Positions 14,881 to 26,786 of a stretch of DNA of 64,000 nucleotides are shown piece by piece. The translations under genes were made by a program, and so were the position numbers. Under the pieces are notes generated by a model. That model ran no database searches, was not told the DNA's origin, and saw nothing but the letters and a program-made list of their open reading frames with translations. This stretch comes from Octopus vulgaris (taxonomy: Eukaryota). Location: NCBI GenBank assembly GCA_951406725.2, contig OX597822.1:104346001-104410000 (forward strand). The letters are read 5' to 3'. The first letter of the stretch is position 1. Each line of letters begins with the position of its first letter.

Positions 14881-15158
14881 TGGTAAAGTTTTCTTTTTTT
14901 TGCCGCCATAACATGGTTGTTCCATAAAAAACTATGTCATTACATTTTAACCTCAGGAAAACGTCATTTCCAGCTGGTTAACGACACCCAACCAGTTGGA
15001 AAAGACGTTTTCCTGGGGTTAAAATGTAGTAACATAATTTTTTTATAGAGCAGCCATGTTATAGTGGCGAAAAGAAAAAAAAGCAAAAATCGTTACCGTC
15101 TTGTATTGTTACTACTTATATATCGTTTAGAGATTTTAGAACTAGCTATTTTGTTCGT

Positions 15159-15257
<99 letters not shown>

Positions 15258-15259
15258 TA

Positions 15260-15292
<33 letters not shown>

Positions 15293-15297
<5 letters not shown>

Positions 15298-15386
15298 ATC
15301 CAAACAAGAAAACACAAAAAAAACACAACAACGCGAGGACGTGGGACAAATATAGTATTATTGGACGCTCAGGAAAGAAGGGAAGA
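15293..15386 (-). mobile_element. Truncated 3' end of HHR element family H1
   Basis: gttaatccaaacaagaaaacac...ggacgctcaggaaag, shared with 28976-29061, 45422-45598, 55279-55487; between (TA)n. Confidence 0.8.
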
Positions 15387-15467
15387 TATATATATATATA
15401 TATGGGCTCCTAAAGAGCGTTTGTCGAAAAGCTTGCTGCGCATTTGTTTGAAGATTTAAGTTCCTGG

Positions 15468-15553
15468 ATTTTCCAGAAGAGAAAGCTGCAAAATGGTCTC
15501 CTTATTCAATCCGAATTAGGGACTTTGCAGCCTTTGAAACATATGTAAAAAAT
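15468..15553 (+). ncRNA. Degenerate hammerhead with long stem II
   Basis: attttc CAGAAGA gaaagctgcaaa...tttgcagccttt GAAAC atat GTA aaaaat; U4 replaced by A. Confidence 0.5.
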
Positions 15554-15745
15554 AATAAAAAGGAATTTTGTAAAATCTTCGTCCACCTCCATTTCTTCCC
15601 TCACTAAATATATAAAACTTCAATTATCCGCACTAAGGCACGGTTGCGATACTCCAACCGTGATTTTTCTGTTGTGATTTTTGCTACCCAGGTATCGGTT
15701 ATAATTTGAATAACCCGTAACAAGATAATTCATTTATCCATTTCA

Positions 15746-15792
<47 letters not shown>

Positions 15793-15943
15793 CATATGTA
15801 GGTATGTACATATATGTATGCATATATGCATATATTTATATATTATCTATATTATTATATGATGGATCACCACGCATCTTTTTCCAAGTAAGTTTTATCT
15901 ATCTATCTATCTATCTATCTATATCTATCTATCTATAGATATA

Positions 15944-16162
15944 GGGTAAAGAATTATTAATTTAATAATTAAAAAAATCTACCAAGTAGTTTCGGTATGG
16001 AAAACAAAAAACATTATCGGTAAAAACTTGTACAAAAATTTATAAATTACAAATATAATTAAGGGTTTAGCAACAAGTTGCTTCACCACATACCGAAAAT
16101 TTCGAAATTTCTAAATTTTCGGTATGTGGTGAAGCAACCTGTTGCTAAAACCTTAATTATAT
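15944..16162. mobile_element. Short inverted-repeat element related to 11211-11730
   Basis: Fold-back ~16053-16101 / ~16113-16162; shares aattaagggtttagcaac with the 11211 element. Confidence 0.6.
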
Positions 16163-16185
16163 ATATACATATATAGATATATATA

Positions 16186-16587
16186 CTCTTTACTCTTTTA
16201 CTTGTTTCAGTCATTTGACTACGGCCATGCTGGAGCACCACCTTTAATCGAGCAACTCGATCCCGGGACTTATTCTTTTTGTAAGCCCAGTACTTATTCT
16301 ATCGGTCTCTTTTGCCGAACCGCTAAGTAACGGGGACATAAACACACCAGCATCGGTTGTCAAGCAATGCTAGGGGGACAAACACAGACACACAAACACA
16401 CACACATATATATATACATATATATGAAGGGCTTCTTTCAGTTTCCGTCTACCAAATCCACTCACAAGGGTTTGGTCGGCCCAAGGCTATAGTAGAAGAC
16501 ACTTGCCCAAGGTGCCACACAGTGGGACTGAACCCGGGACCATGTGGTTGGTAAACAAGCTACTTACCACACAGCCACTTCTGCGCC
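16186..16587 (-). mobile_element. SINE family B
   Basis: Full-length reverse-complement match to 8060-8466. Confidence 0.9.
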
Positions 16588-16805
16588 TATATATGTGTGT
16601 GTATGTGTATGTGTGCGTGTGTGTTTGTAAAATATTGAGGGATTACCCCAAAACGATTACCGGTTTGCTCTCAGGTATTCAAAATATGTTATTGTACACT
16701 TAACATATAAATCCATTAAAGTTTTTATAAGATAAATTAGAGGCAAAGTCCGTTGGATCATTCTGAATATATTTCCTAAACCATATAACGTACCCGGAGT
16801 ATAAA

Positions 16806-17745
16806 TAGTAACAATATTAATAATAAGGATTACTACAAGGCTGCATAGCATTACCTTTAATTCTTTAGTTTATATTCCGCCTTACATAGACCAACACCTG
16901 TTTCAGATGCAACGATCAGTAACCTATTTCTTTACTACCCACAAGGGGCTAAACACAGAGAAGACAAACAAGGACAGACAAACGGATTAAGTCGATTATA
17001 TCGACCCCAGTGTGTAACTGGTACTTAATTTATCGACCCCGAAAGGATGAAAGGCAAAGTCGACCTCGGCGGAATTTGAACTCAGAACGTAACGGCAGAC
17101 GAAATACCTATTTCTTTACTAGCCACAAGGGGCTAAACACAGAGAGGACAAACAAGGACAGACAAACGGATTAAGTCGATTACATCGACCCCAGTGTGTA
17201 ACTGGTACTTAATTTATCGACCCCGAAAGGATGAAAGGCAAAGTCGACCTCGGCGGAATTTGAACTCAGAACGTAACGGCAGACGAAATACCTATTTCTT
17301 TACTAGCCACAAGGAGCTAAACACAGAGGGGACAAACAAGGACAGACAAACGGATTAAGTCGATTATATCTACCCCAGTGTGTAACTGGTACTTAATTTA
17401 TCGACCCCGAAAGGATGAAAGGCAAAGTCGACCTCGGCGGCATTTGAACTCAGAACGTAGCGGCAGACGAAATAAGGCTATGCATTTCGCCCGGCGTGCC
17501 AACGTTTCTGCCAGCTCGCCGCCTTAGTAACCGTTACAATTGCAACCCTACTATAAAACCGGTGCAGTTTCTTCACGCTCTTTACTTGCAATCTTGAAAC
17601 AGCCAACTCAAAGGATATCAAATAGAGACCCGTTACTAATCAGTGCATTTGAAACAGGTGTCGGTCCATGTAAGTCGGTATATAAATTAAAGAATTAAAA
17701 GGTAATGCTATGCAACTTCGTAGTAATTCTTATTTTTAATAGTTT
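16806..17745. mobile_element. Diverged inverted-repeat element split by a SINE array
   Basis: Arms ~16806-16922 / ~17632-17745. Confidence 0.55.
16925..17525 (-). mobile_element. SINE family A: head plus three tandem ~184-bp bodies
   Basis: Three units; 7-bp TSD agtaacc (16918-16924 / 17526-17532). Confidence 0.92.
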
Positions 17746-17894
17746 ATATATATATATATATATGTATGTATATGCATATTACTTATTTATATTTATTCAT
17801 TTTTGTACTTTTTGTGTTCTAGTTAAATGTTTTAAAAAATATATTTTAGTTTTCATTTATGATTGTTTGAATTGCATAATAGTGTTTTTCTCTA

Positions 17895-17896
<2 letters not shown>

Positions 17897-17944
<48 letters not shown>

Positions 17945-17947
17945 GTA

Positions 17948-17992
<45 letters not shown>

Positions 17993-18005
17993 GTATATGT
18001 ATATG

Positions 18006-18088
<83 letters not shown>

Positions 18089-18103
18089 ATATATATATGT
18101 ATA

Positions 18104-18154
<51 letters not shown>

Positions 18155-18163
18155 GTATATATG

Positions 18164-18197
<34 letters not shown>

Positions 18198-19100
18198 TGT
18201 ATGCATGTATGCATGCATGTATGTATATATGTATACAACGAGATGCAAACCGTTAAAATGTTTATGCTGCATTGAACAAAACCTCGGAATCACAGCACGC
18301 TGAAACATTCTTGTTTATTCTGAATTAAACAACTATAATCGTGTTGAGATTGGGCAGCGGTTCTGTAAGAAGCGGTATTTTGTAATGCGCGTATGTTTGA
18401 TTAAGATGTAACAAAACGTCCTAAGTCGGTACGATCTTGTGCACTGCTGGTTAATATATATAGAATTAGAATATTGAATAGCTAATCTGCTTCCAGCGGC
18501 TACAGTAATGTCATTTTAAGGAAATGTCACAGAAAAGACGAGAAGGCTGCCGCAACAATACAAAAGTAACATACCAGCAAATGGAAGTGAGATCTCTTGA
18601 ATAGTCTGTGTTCGGTATTGTTTAATTTGATAAGAAATGGCAGAGCGCGGATATGGATTCGTACATACATGCATGCATACATACACACATACATACATAC
18701 ATACATACATACATACATACATACATAATATACGTACATAAATGCAAACATACATACATACATAAATGCATGCATACACACATACATACATGCATACATA
18801 CATACATACATACATACATACATACATACATACATACACACATAGATACATACATACATACATACATACATACATACATACATACATACATACATACATA
18901 CATACATACATACATACATACATACATACATACATACATACATACATACATACATACATACATACATACATACATACATACATACATGCATGCATGCATA
19001 CATAGATACACATACATACATACATACATACGTATATACAAATATTCATACATACATGCATGCATACACACATATATACATACATACATACATACATACA

Positions 19101-19132
<32 letters not shown>

Positions 19133-19520
19133 CATACACATGCATAGACGTGTGTGTATGGTGCGTAGGTATGTACATATGTATACATATACATACATAC
19201 ACTTGCATATATATGCATACATATACACACGTATACACGGACATGCATATCTATCTATCTCCCTCTCTCTCTATCTGCCTGCCTATTGATCTATCTATCT
19301 CTCTATCTGTCTATAAATATTCCCCCACACACATGCACACGCACACATACACACATATACATGCATATGTTTGTGTATATATATATATATACATGCATAT
19401 ATACATGCATATATATATACATGCATATATATACATGCATATATATATACATATATTTGCATTTATATACATGCATATACCTGCATAAACACATGCATAA
19501 TGCATATGTATGTATGTATG

Positions 19521-19572
<52 letters not shown>
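17897..19572. repeat. Cluster of (TA)n, (TACA)n and (TATC)n microsatellites with a non-repetitive spacer at ~18236-18660
   Basis: Direct reading. Confidence 0.9.
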
Positions 19573-19573
<1 letters not shown>

Positions 19574-19836
19574 GTGTTACGTCATAACATGGCTTTCACA
19601 GCGGGTGTAAGGAATACGAGAGTAACCTTCGTAGCCACATTTAAATAAGATTATAACTAAAACGAAAACTTGATTTATTATAAGCAACACAAATCAGCGA
19701 AGAGATGAAATATTTGATTAATATAATGGAATATATTTTAAAGATGTTGAAAAAGTGTTGATTGAATGCAGTGAGCTGGTATTTTTGGTGTGGAGTGTTT
19801 GAACAGAATGTAATTTAAATAAGAGAAGGGAATGTA

Positions 19837-19868
<32 letters not shown>

Positions 19869-20320
19869 GCAGAGGATGAGTGGGAAAGAGAGGGATGAGG
19901 GAGGGGAGTGAATGAGTGAGCGAGAGAGAGAGAGGCAGAGAGAGAAACAGAGAAAGGGAGAAAGAATTAAAACCATCCCTACACCCCAACGCATACAGAC
20001 ACACGCACACACACAAGTACAGACACACACAGACACACAAACACAAACACACACTCACTCAGACATATGCATGTGTACGCATAGATTTACGGAGTCATTT
20101 ATGTGCGTATGTGTGTGTGTGTATACATTCATACATAGATACAAAATACTCACACATACACACCCTCACACACATATACATACAGTATCTCACAGTATCT
20201 CACAGATGTATGTACACCTCTAAAAAATTTCAGCAAAATTGCAAATACTCTGATGATATCAAAGGAAACCAAACAAAATTTATACTGAATAAAATATATT
20301 TTACATGTATACATTATACA

Positions 20321-20732
20321 GGTGTAGGAGTGGTTGTGTGATAAGTAGCTCGCTTACGAACCACATGGTTCCGGGTTCAGTCCCATTGCATGGCACCTTG
20401 GGCAAGTGTCTTCTACTATAGCCTCGGGCCGACCAATGCCTTGTGAGTGGATTTGGTAGACAGAAACTGAAAGAAGTCCGTCGTATATATGTATATGTAT
20501 ATTTATGTATGAGTGTATATGTGTTTGTGTGTCTGTGCTTGTCTCCCCAACATCGCTTGACAACCGATACTGGTGTTTTTACGTCCCCGTAACTTAGCGG
20601 ATCGACAAAATAGATCAATAGAATAAGTACTAGGATTACAAAGAATAAGTCCTGGGGTCGATTTGCTCGACTAAAGGCGGTGCTCCAGCATGGCGACAGT
20701 CAAATGACTGAAACAAGTAAAAGAGTAAAGAG
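20321..20732 (+). mobile_element. SINE family B nested in the Tc1 TIR
   Basis: Matches 8060-8466. Confidence 0.9.
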
Positions 20733-20837
20733 TATACAAATTTGGGACACAAAATAAACTTTTTGAAAAGTATGAACGAAATATTAATTTTCAAACCATG
20801 CAAAAATATGTACACCCTAAAGGATTATTTGCTATAT

Positions 20838-22200
20838 TCAACATTTGGTGTGACCGCCCTTGCTTTTAATGGCTGCATGAAGTCTTCTGGGCATAAAATC
20901 GACTAAATTTCCGCATGTGGAAGCACTCCGTCGGTTACGACGACGAGGGTTCCGGTTGATCCGATCAACGGAACAGCCTGCTCGTGAAATTAACGTGTAA
21001 GTGGCTGAGCACTCCACAGACACGTGTACCCGTAACGTAGTTCTCGGGGATATTCAGCGTGACACAGAGAGTGACAAGGCCGGCCCTTTGAAATACAGGT
21101 ACAACAGAAACAGGAAGTAAGAGTGAGAGAAAGTTGTGGTGAAAGAGTGCAGCAGGGATCACCACCATCCCTGCCGGAGCCTTGTGGAGCTTTAGGTGTT
21201 TTCGCTCAATAAACACTCACAACGCCCGGTCTGGGAATCGAAACCACGATCCTACGACCGCGAGTCCGCTGCCCTAACCACTGGGCCAAATTTCCGCATA
21301 CAACCGATGAGATCGACCTCAATTCATCCCGAATAATATCTTTCAGCTGTGTTACATTGAGGGTTTCTTTTCTTATCAACCTTTTCAAAACACCCCACAG
21401 ATGTTCTTTTGGATTTAAATCAGGTGACATGGTACGTCAAGGCAATACCTTTACCTTTTTATCTGATAAAAACTTAGTTGTCATCTTTGAAGTGTGTTTA
21501 GGGTCATTATCATGGAACATGGAATATCTTCCTAGTTCCCTGATGTTTTTCAACATCGTTTTCTGCAATATGTCACAATAAAGTTTCGAATCCATTCTTC
21601 CCTCAATAAATGTGACTCCTCCCACACCAGCCGCACTCATGCATCCCCAAAAGCATAGCACTTCCTCCGCCGTGGTTCCCGGTAGGCACGGGGCATTTGT
21701 CACTATTATCTTCACCTGGTCGTCGCCATACTCGTTTAATACAATTTGACCCAGACAAGTTGATTTTCGTCTCGTAAGAAAAAAGAATTTTATTCCAAAA
21801 CTCCTTCTCCTTGTTCACATAGGTTTCGGCAAAAGAAATCCGGCTTGATTTATGCCTTGCATTGAGGAGAGGTTTCCTACGAGGAATGCATCCACGAAGT
21901 TCAACCTTCAACGAACTGTTCGGGCGGATACGCTCTTTCCACTAACAGAAGACACTTCTTAGGTCAAAGAAGAAGCGATTACGACGCCTGTCGTCCATCA
22001 CGCAACGTTGGACGTGAAGAATATCACGCGCAGTTAAAATATGTCCAGTAGCTTTGTACTTCTGAATCACTTTGGCAACCATATTTACGCTAATGTGTAT
22101 TCGTTCGCTAATTAACTTGTATCCTAAGCCATTCTTGCGCAAGTTAAAAATAATTTTCTTCAAATCTTCAGACAATTCTTTTCCTTGTGGTGCAATTTTA
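20838..22200 (-). pseudogene. Tc1 (DD34E-type) transposase pseudogene
   Basis: Frameshifted ORFs 21942-22298, 21603-21911, 21437-21715, 21206-21430; C-terminus MPRRLHAAIKSKGGHTK. Confidence 0.88.
20917..21287 (-). mobile_element. SINE family C (tail 1) inserted in the Tc1 transposase
   Basis: 12-bp TSD aaatttccgcat (20905-20916 / 21288-21299). Confidence 0.92.
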
Positions 22201-22717
22201 TTCACAATGAAGATTTTCACCACGGTGCACAAATCAGAATTCCTGCAGATGCAAAAATGCCAGGAGAAATAATTTATTAGAATTGAAATTATCAGCAATA
22301 TCTGAATTTAGTAAAAGAAAAGTGGATAAAAAATTGAATATAGCATATTTTTGTAACGTTTGAAAATTAATATTTCTTTCCTATCTTTGAAAATGTTTAT
22401 TATTTTGCATGATTTCCTTCGATATTATCAGAGTAATGGCAATTTTACTGAAATATTTTTAGGGGTGTACATAGGCCCGTGAGTCACTGTATAAGTAAAA
22501 GGCTGTTTTGGACAGTCAGAAAGTGATCATTGGCTGCGCACCTGTCGCCCTCTGATCAGCCGTAACAAACAACCTTGTAAACATAATACTGCTCTAATGT
22601 TTTAGTGTTTTTTTTCAGATATACGAACTACTGACCGAACCGATGTATATATATATATATATATATGAAAAAACAAGTCAAAAATAGAAAATGCTAAAAT
22701 AATTTTATAGTGAACAT

Positions 22718-22759
22718 TTCAGTACCGGTTTCGGTCATTTTGAGACCTTTTCAACTGTA
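22718..22759 (-). ncRNA. Minimal type-I hammerhead, U3-A8 covariant core
   Basis: Reverse complement: tacag TTGAAAA ggtc-tcaaaat-gacc GAAAC cg GTA ctgaa; palindromic stem III accggt. Confidence 0.8.
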
Positions 22760-23115
22760 ACGATTAAATAATTAAATTTAGAAAAATTAGAAGAAAAGTT
22801 TTTTTAAAAGAATATTTCTATAGTAGTGTTCAGATTTAAGTGGCATTCTGCCTTTCTCTGACTCCCTTGTTTCAACTTGTATGTTGGAGGTCGTTGTGAG
22901 TTCTTGGTAGGGTAGTAGAGGAAGAAAGCTGGTGAGGAAAGGGGGGGGATGATCTGGGAGTGCCCTGATGGTCGTATTTTGAATGGTCTGTGGCGGCTGG
23001 CAGTCTCAGTTCAATTCAGGAGAATATTTATATTGACAGGCTTGTTTATAGAATTTGCGTAGGTGTTATACTAAAAAACATTAGTGACAAAGTTAAGGGG
23101 TAGGAGGTGGAGAAG

Positions 23116-23250
23116 TAGAAGAAGAAGAAGAAGAAGAAGAAGAAGAAGAAGAAGAAGAAGAAGAAGAAGAAGAAGACGATGTTGATGATGATGATGATGA
23201 AGGAGCAGAAGAAGAAGGAGAAGGAGACGATGATGGTGATGGTGGTGATG

Positions 23251-23338
<88 letters not shown>
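23116..23338. repeat. (GAA)n/(GAT)n/(TA)n microsatellites
   Basis: Direct reading. Confidence 0.95.
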
Positions 23339-23339
<1 letters not shown>

Positions 23340-23343
<4 letters not shown>

Positions 23344-23934
23344 TAAGGGTGAGAGAATTAGATACTAATTTAATAGTATGTCAATTCAACACCAAGTGGC
23401 CCAGTGCCTCGAGAAACCTGGATTATTATAATACTTTATAATATATTATAATATTATTTTATACAAAAATAAATATAAGAGAATGGTCACTATGTGGCTC
23501 ATTCTAGCACTAGAAAATACAAAAGGTTTCAACCACAAAAATACATGTTTCACATGAAAGTCAGTACGATTGTTAGCTCACACGTCGGATGTAATCAATT
23601 GAACCACACGTGTATTTATCGTTATGGTAAAATCTGGCGTGTGATTGAGTGGATTTCATCCAGATAGTTTTGGCTGAGGAGCTACAAGTTGGGTTTTTTG
23701 TAAGTAAAATTACATTTAATTCATTAATAGCGAAACAATTGTCCCAAAATAATCTGTATTTTTGTTATTTTTTATTTGCCCTGTTCGTGTGAGCTAACAA
23801 TCGTACTGACTTTCATGTGAATCATGTATTTTTGTGGTTGAAACCTTTTGGATTTTCTAGTGCTAGAATGAGCCACATAGTGACCATTCTCTTATATTTA
23901 TTTTATTTTTATTTTTATATTATTATTTTATTTT

Positions 23935-23935
<1 letters not shown>
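23340..23935. mobile_element. Penelope-like inverted-repeat element in (TA)n
   Basis: ~117-bp near-perfect arms 23468-23584 / 23786-23902; canonical hammerhead in the spacer. Confidence 0.75.
23661..23756 (+). ncRNA. Type-I hammerhead ribozyme, fully canonical core
   Basis: cagatagttttgg CTGAGGA gcta-(43 nt)-tagc GAAAC aatt GTC ccaaaataatctg; stem I ttttgg/ccaaaa plus cagat/atctg. Confidence 0.88.
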
Positions 23936-23988
<53 letters not shown>

Positions 23989-24010
23989 CATATGTGTGTG
24001 TATGTGTGTG

Positions 24011-24225
24011 TGGAGGCGCAATGGCCCAGTTGATAGGGCAGTGGACTCACTGTCATAGGATCGCGATTTCGATTCCCAGACCGGGAATTGCGAGTGTTTA
24101 TTGAGCGAAAACACCCAAATCTCTACGTAGATCCGGCAGGGTGTGGTGGCGAACCCTACTGTATTATTTCACCACAACTTTCACTCTTTCTTCCTGTTTC
24201 TGTTGTACATGTATTTCAAAGATTC
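24011..24225 (+). mobile_element. SINE family C, 3'-truncated
   Basis: tggaggcgcaatggcccagt head, matches other family C copies. Confidence 0.8.
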
Positions 24226-24391
24226 TTTGCAAGCTGCTATAGTCAGAATAATATCAGGAATGAACCAGAACCACTTGGTCTCATATGATGATCCAGGTCT
24301 CATATAAAAGCTGTTGCTGAAGCCGAATGTGGCTTTATAGAAAGAAGGTTAATATTTATCCTCATAGCATTTCTTGATAAATAAAGTTATT

Positions 24392-24875
24392 TGTGAGGTA
24401 TACTTGCCATCTCAATATGGCTAACCACTAAAGGTGGGTGTTACTGTAGCTTGTAGCCCCAGGAGAACATCGTCTCCAGCTGGCTTTAGGCACACTTTCT
24501 GTGCTCTTATGGTATTTGCAAAGGGAGGTCATCCTTCCATCGTCAACCTAAGTGATACGCACGGACTGCAGTTTCTAGGTATTGACCTGTCCTCAGCGTA
24601 CGACAATCACCGGTTTTCGATGAAAGGAGTCCCAATGCAAATACTTTATCGTTTTTCCAGTAACTTTTCGTCACTGATCTCGAAAAACTGTATGCAAGCA
24701 ATAATAAATCTCTGTACGAAGTATAAACAGTAACTGCACGACAATGTGAGGTATACTTGCCATCTCAATATGGCTAACCACTAAGGGTGGGTGTTAGTGG
24801 TTAGCCACATTGAGATGGCAAGTATACCTCACATTGTCGTGCAGTTACTGTTTATACCTCGTTCTGAGATTTGTT
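24392..24875. mobile_element. Penelope-like pseudo-LTR element with direct plus inverted duplication
   Basis: Direct repeat ~24392-24444 / ~24745-24796; inversion ~24700-24783 / ~24795-24875; hammerhead inside. Confidence 0.7.
24559..24601 (-). ncRNA. Minimal type-I hammerhead ribozyme
   Basis: Reverse complement: gtacg CTGAGGA c-aggt-caat-acct-a GAAAC tgca GTC cgtgc. Confidence 0.85.
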
Positions 24876-24889
24876 ATATTAAAGGTATT

Positions 24890-26105
24890 TGTTCATCCCA
24901 TAAATAATGCGGTTTTTTATACTTCGTTTATTTTCAGAAATTAAAATTAACAAAGTTCTATTTTAATCGAAAATATACTCTCCTTCATTTTCTACAATGC
25001 TCTTCCATCTATCTGGTAGACTTGCAAGGTCCCACTTCCAAAATTCACTTGTCTGTGACAAAAAATACTCCTCCAGTACTGTTCTGACCTCGTCTTTAGA
25101 TTGCATATTTTTCCCGTCCAAATGATTTTGAAGACTGTAGAATAAATGATAATCAGATGGGGCAATGCCCGGCGAATATGGTGGGTGGGGCATCGTTTCC
25201 ACTTCAAACTACGCCAGCCTTTGGAATGTCATTCTCGATGTATATGGGCAAGCATTATCCTGATGGAAGAACATCTTTCATCTTTAAACTAAAGATGGTC
25301 GTTTTCCTTCTGGCGCTGACTTCAGCCGCTCAAGCTGCTTACAGTAGATCTAATTTGTTATCCTTTGGTTTAGGTTTAAAAGTTCAAAATGGACTGAACC
25401 TTTCATATCCCATCAAACAAATAACAACACCTTCTTTAGCCTGGGGTGCCGGTGTTTCTCCTTTCCCTACCCACTCTTGGGCACTTGACATTTTTATAGA
25501 GAACCTATTTCTCGTCACCAATCACTATTCGGTGGTAAAAAAAGTTCATTTGTGAGACGTAACATCAAAGAAGAGCAAACATTTACTCTCTGCGCGCGAT
25601 TAGATTCGGAAAGTTTGTGAGGAAGCCATTGACCCAATTTAATGACTTTTCGGATGGCACGCAAGTCTCAATGAGTGGTCGAATGACCAAATCCAAGTTT
25701 CTCTGTTAGCTCCTCAACACTTACGATGGGATTTTGTTCCACCAGGGTTTGCAGGACATCTTCGTCGAGCTCTACAGATCTTCCAGAACGAGGCTCAACT
25801 TCTAGGCTCTAGTTTCCGGCTCGGAATTTGTGGAACCACCGTTGACACTGGCTTATGCTTATTGTCTGATCCCCATATACTGCATTAATATTCCTCACAT
25901 TTTCCGTTGCCTCGTTGCCTTTATTGAAATCATAAAGCAAAATATGCCTTAGTCCCTTCTATTATAGCTTTGAAAAAATACCTGTTAAAATCGAACTGCA
26001 CCCTTCAAAGCTAGCAGTAAGAATAAGTACAAGGTTAAATTACTACCTGCCTTTATAGCAAGTTGATGCATTTAGTTTTGAAAAACCGTTATATATGGGA
26101 TAACC

Positions 26106-26108
<3 letters not shown>
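24890..26108 (-). mobile_element. mariner transposon, near full-length, decayed
   Basis: MPHPPYSPGIAPSDYHLF motif; imperfect TIRs atcccataaataatgcggttttt / aaaaaccgttatatatgggat; same family as 45600-46770. Confidence 0.88.
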
Positions 26109-26196
<88 letters not shown>

Positions 26197-26379
26197 TGTG
26201 TTTGTGCCTTGAAACCGGTGTTTGTGGGTTTACGCTCTTGTTCCTTAGCCGTCCGGCCTAAGAGAGTGATAGAATGAGTACCAGGCTTTACAAAAATAAT
26301 TTGTTCGATTAATAACCCTTTAAGGGCGGTGCCCCAACACAGTCGTAGTCAAATGACCGAAACAAGTAAAAGATAAAAG

Positions 26380-26447
<68 letters not shown>

Positions 26448-26449
<2 letters not shown>

Positions 26450-26755
26450 AAGGGGTTTGTATGATTGTGTATAGAGGGATATATATTATTCAAAGGAATT
26501 CCAACATTGTCTGGTTTTTTTTTTATGTTTCACAGTTGAAACATACCTGTCACAACCTGGGATCTTGAAGATTGCTATAATGCAAGAAAGTATACTAGTC
26601 CCTTAATATTTGATATTCAATATTTCATCTATTCAATAATACAATCAATACTTCATTACATTTTACTATATATATACTATTTATACTATATATTTTATAT
26701 TCTACCTTTATATTATAAAGAATATAAATAAAACACAATCATACAAACCCCTTCT
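26448..26755. mobile_element. Short inverted-repeat element with hammerhead, in (TA)n
   Basis: aaggggtttgtatgattgtgt / acacaatcatacaaacccctt. Confidence 0.6.
26559..26602 (+). ncRNA. Hammerhead motif with an extra U in the core
   Basis: gggat CTTGAAGA ttgc-tataat-gcaa GAAAG tata CTA gtccc; palindromic stem III agtatact. Confidence 0.65.
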
Positions 26756-26786
26756 TATATATATCAATATAAATATATATATATAG

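Larger units (their letters stand above)
20183..22489 (-). mobile_element. Tc1-like DNA transposon, decayed, long TIRs, two nested SINEs
   Basis: TA-CAGT...ACTG-TA ends; TIR similarity 20183-20280 plus 20750-20812 vs 22342-22489; peptides RRKPLLN, FSYETKINL, HDNDPKHTS, SPDLNPKEHLW. Confidence 0.9.

Noticed and set aside
16925-17525. Regularly spaced repeats resembling a CRISPR array or satellite
   Set aside because: Whole 184-bp units repeat with no unique spacers; they are SINE bodies in a eukaryotic context.
17545-17630. Possible minus-strand hammerhead in an inverted-repeat spacer
   Set aside because: Only GAAAC-tgca remains; core and cleavage site are too degenerate.
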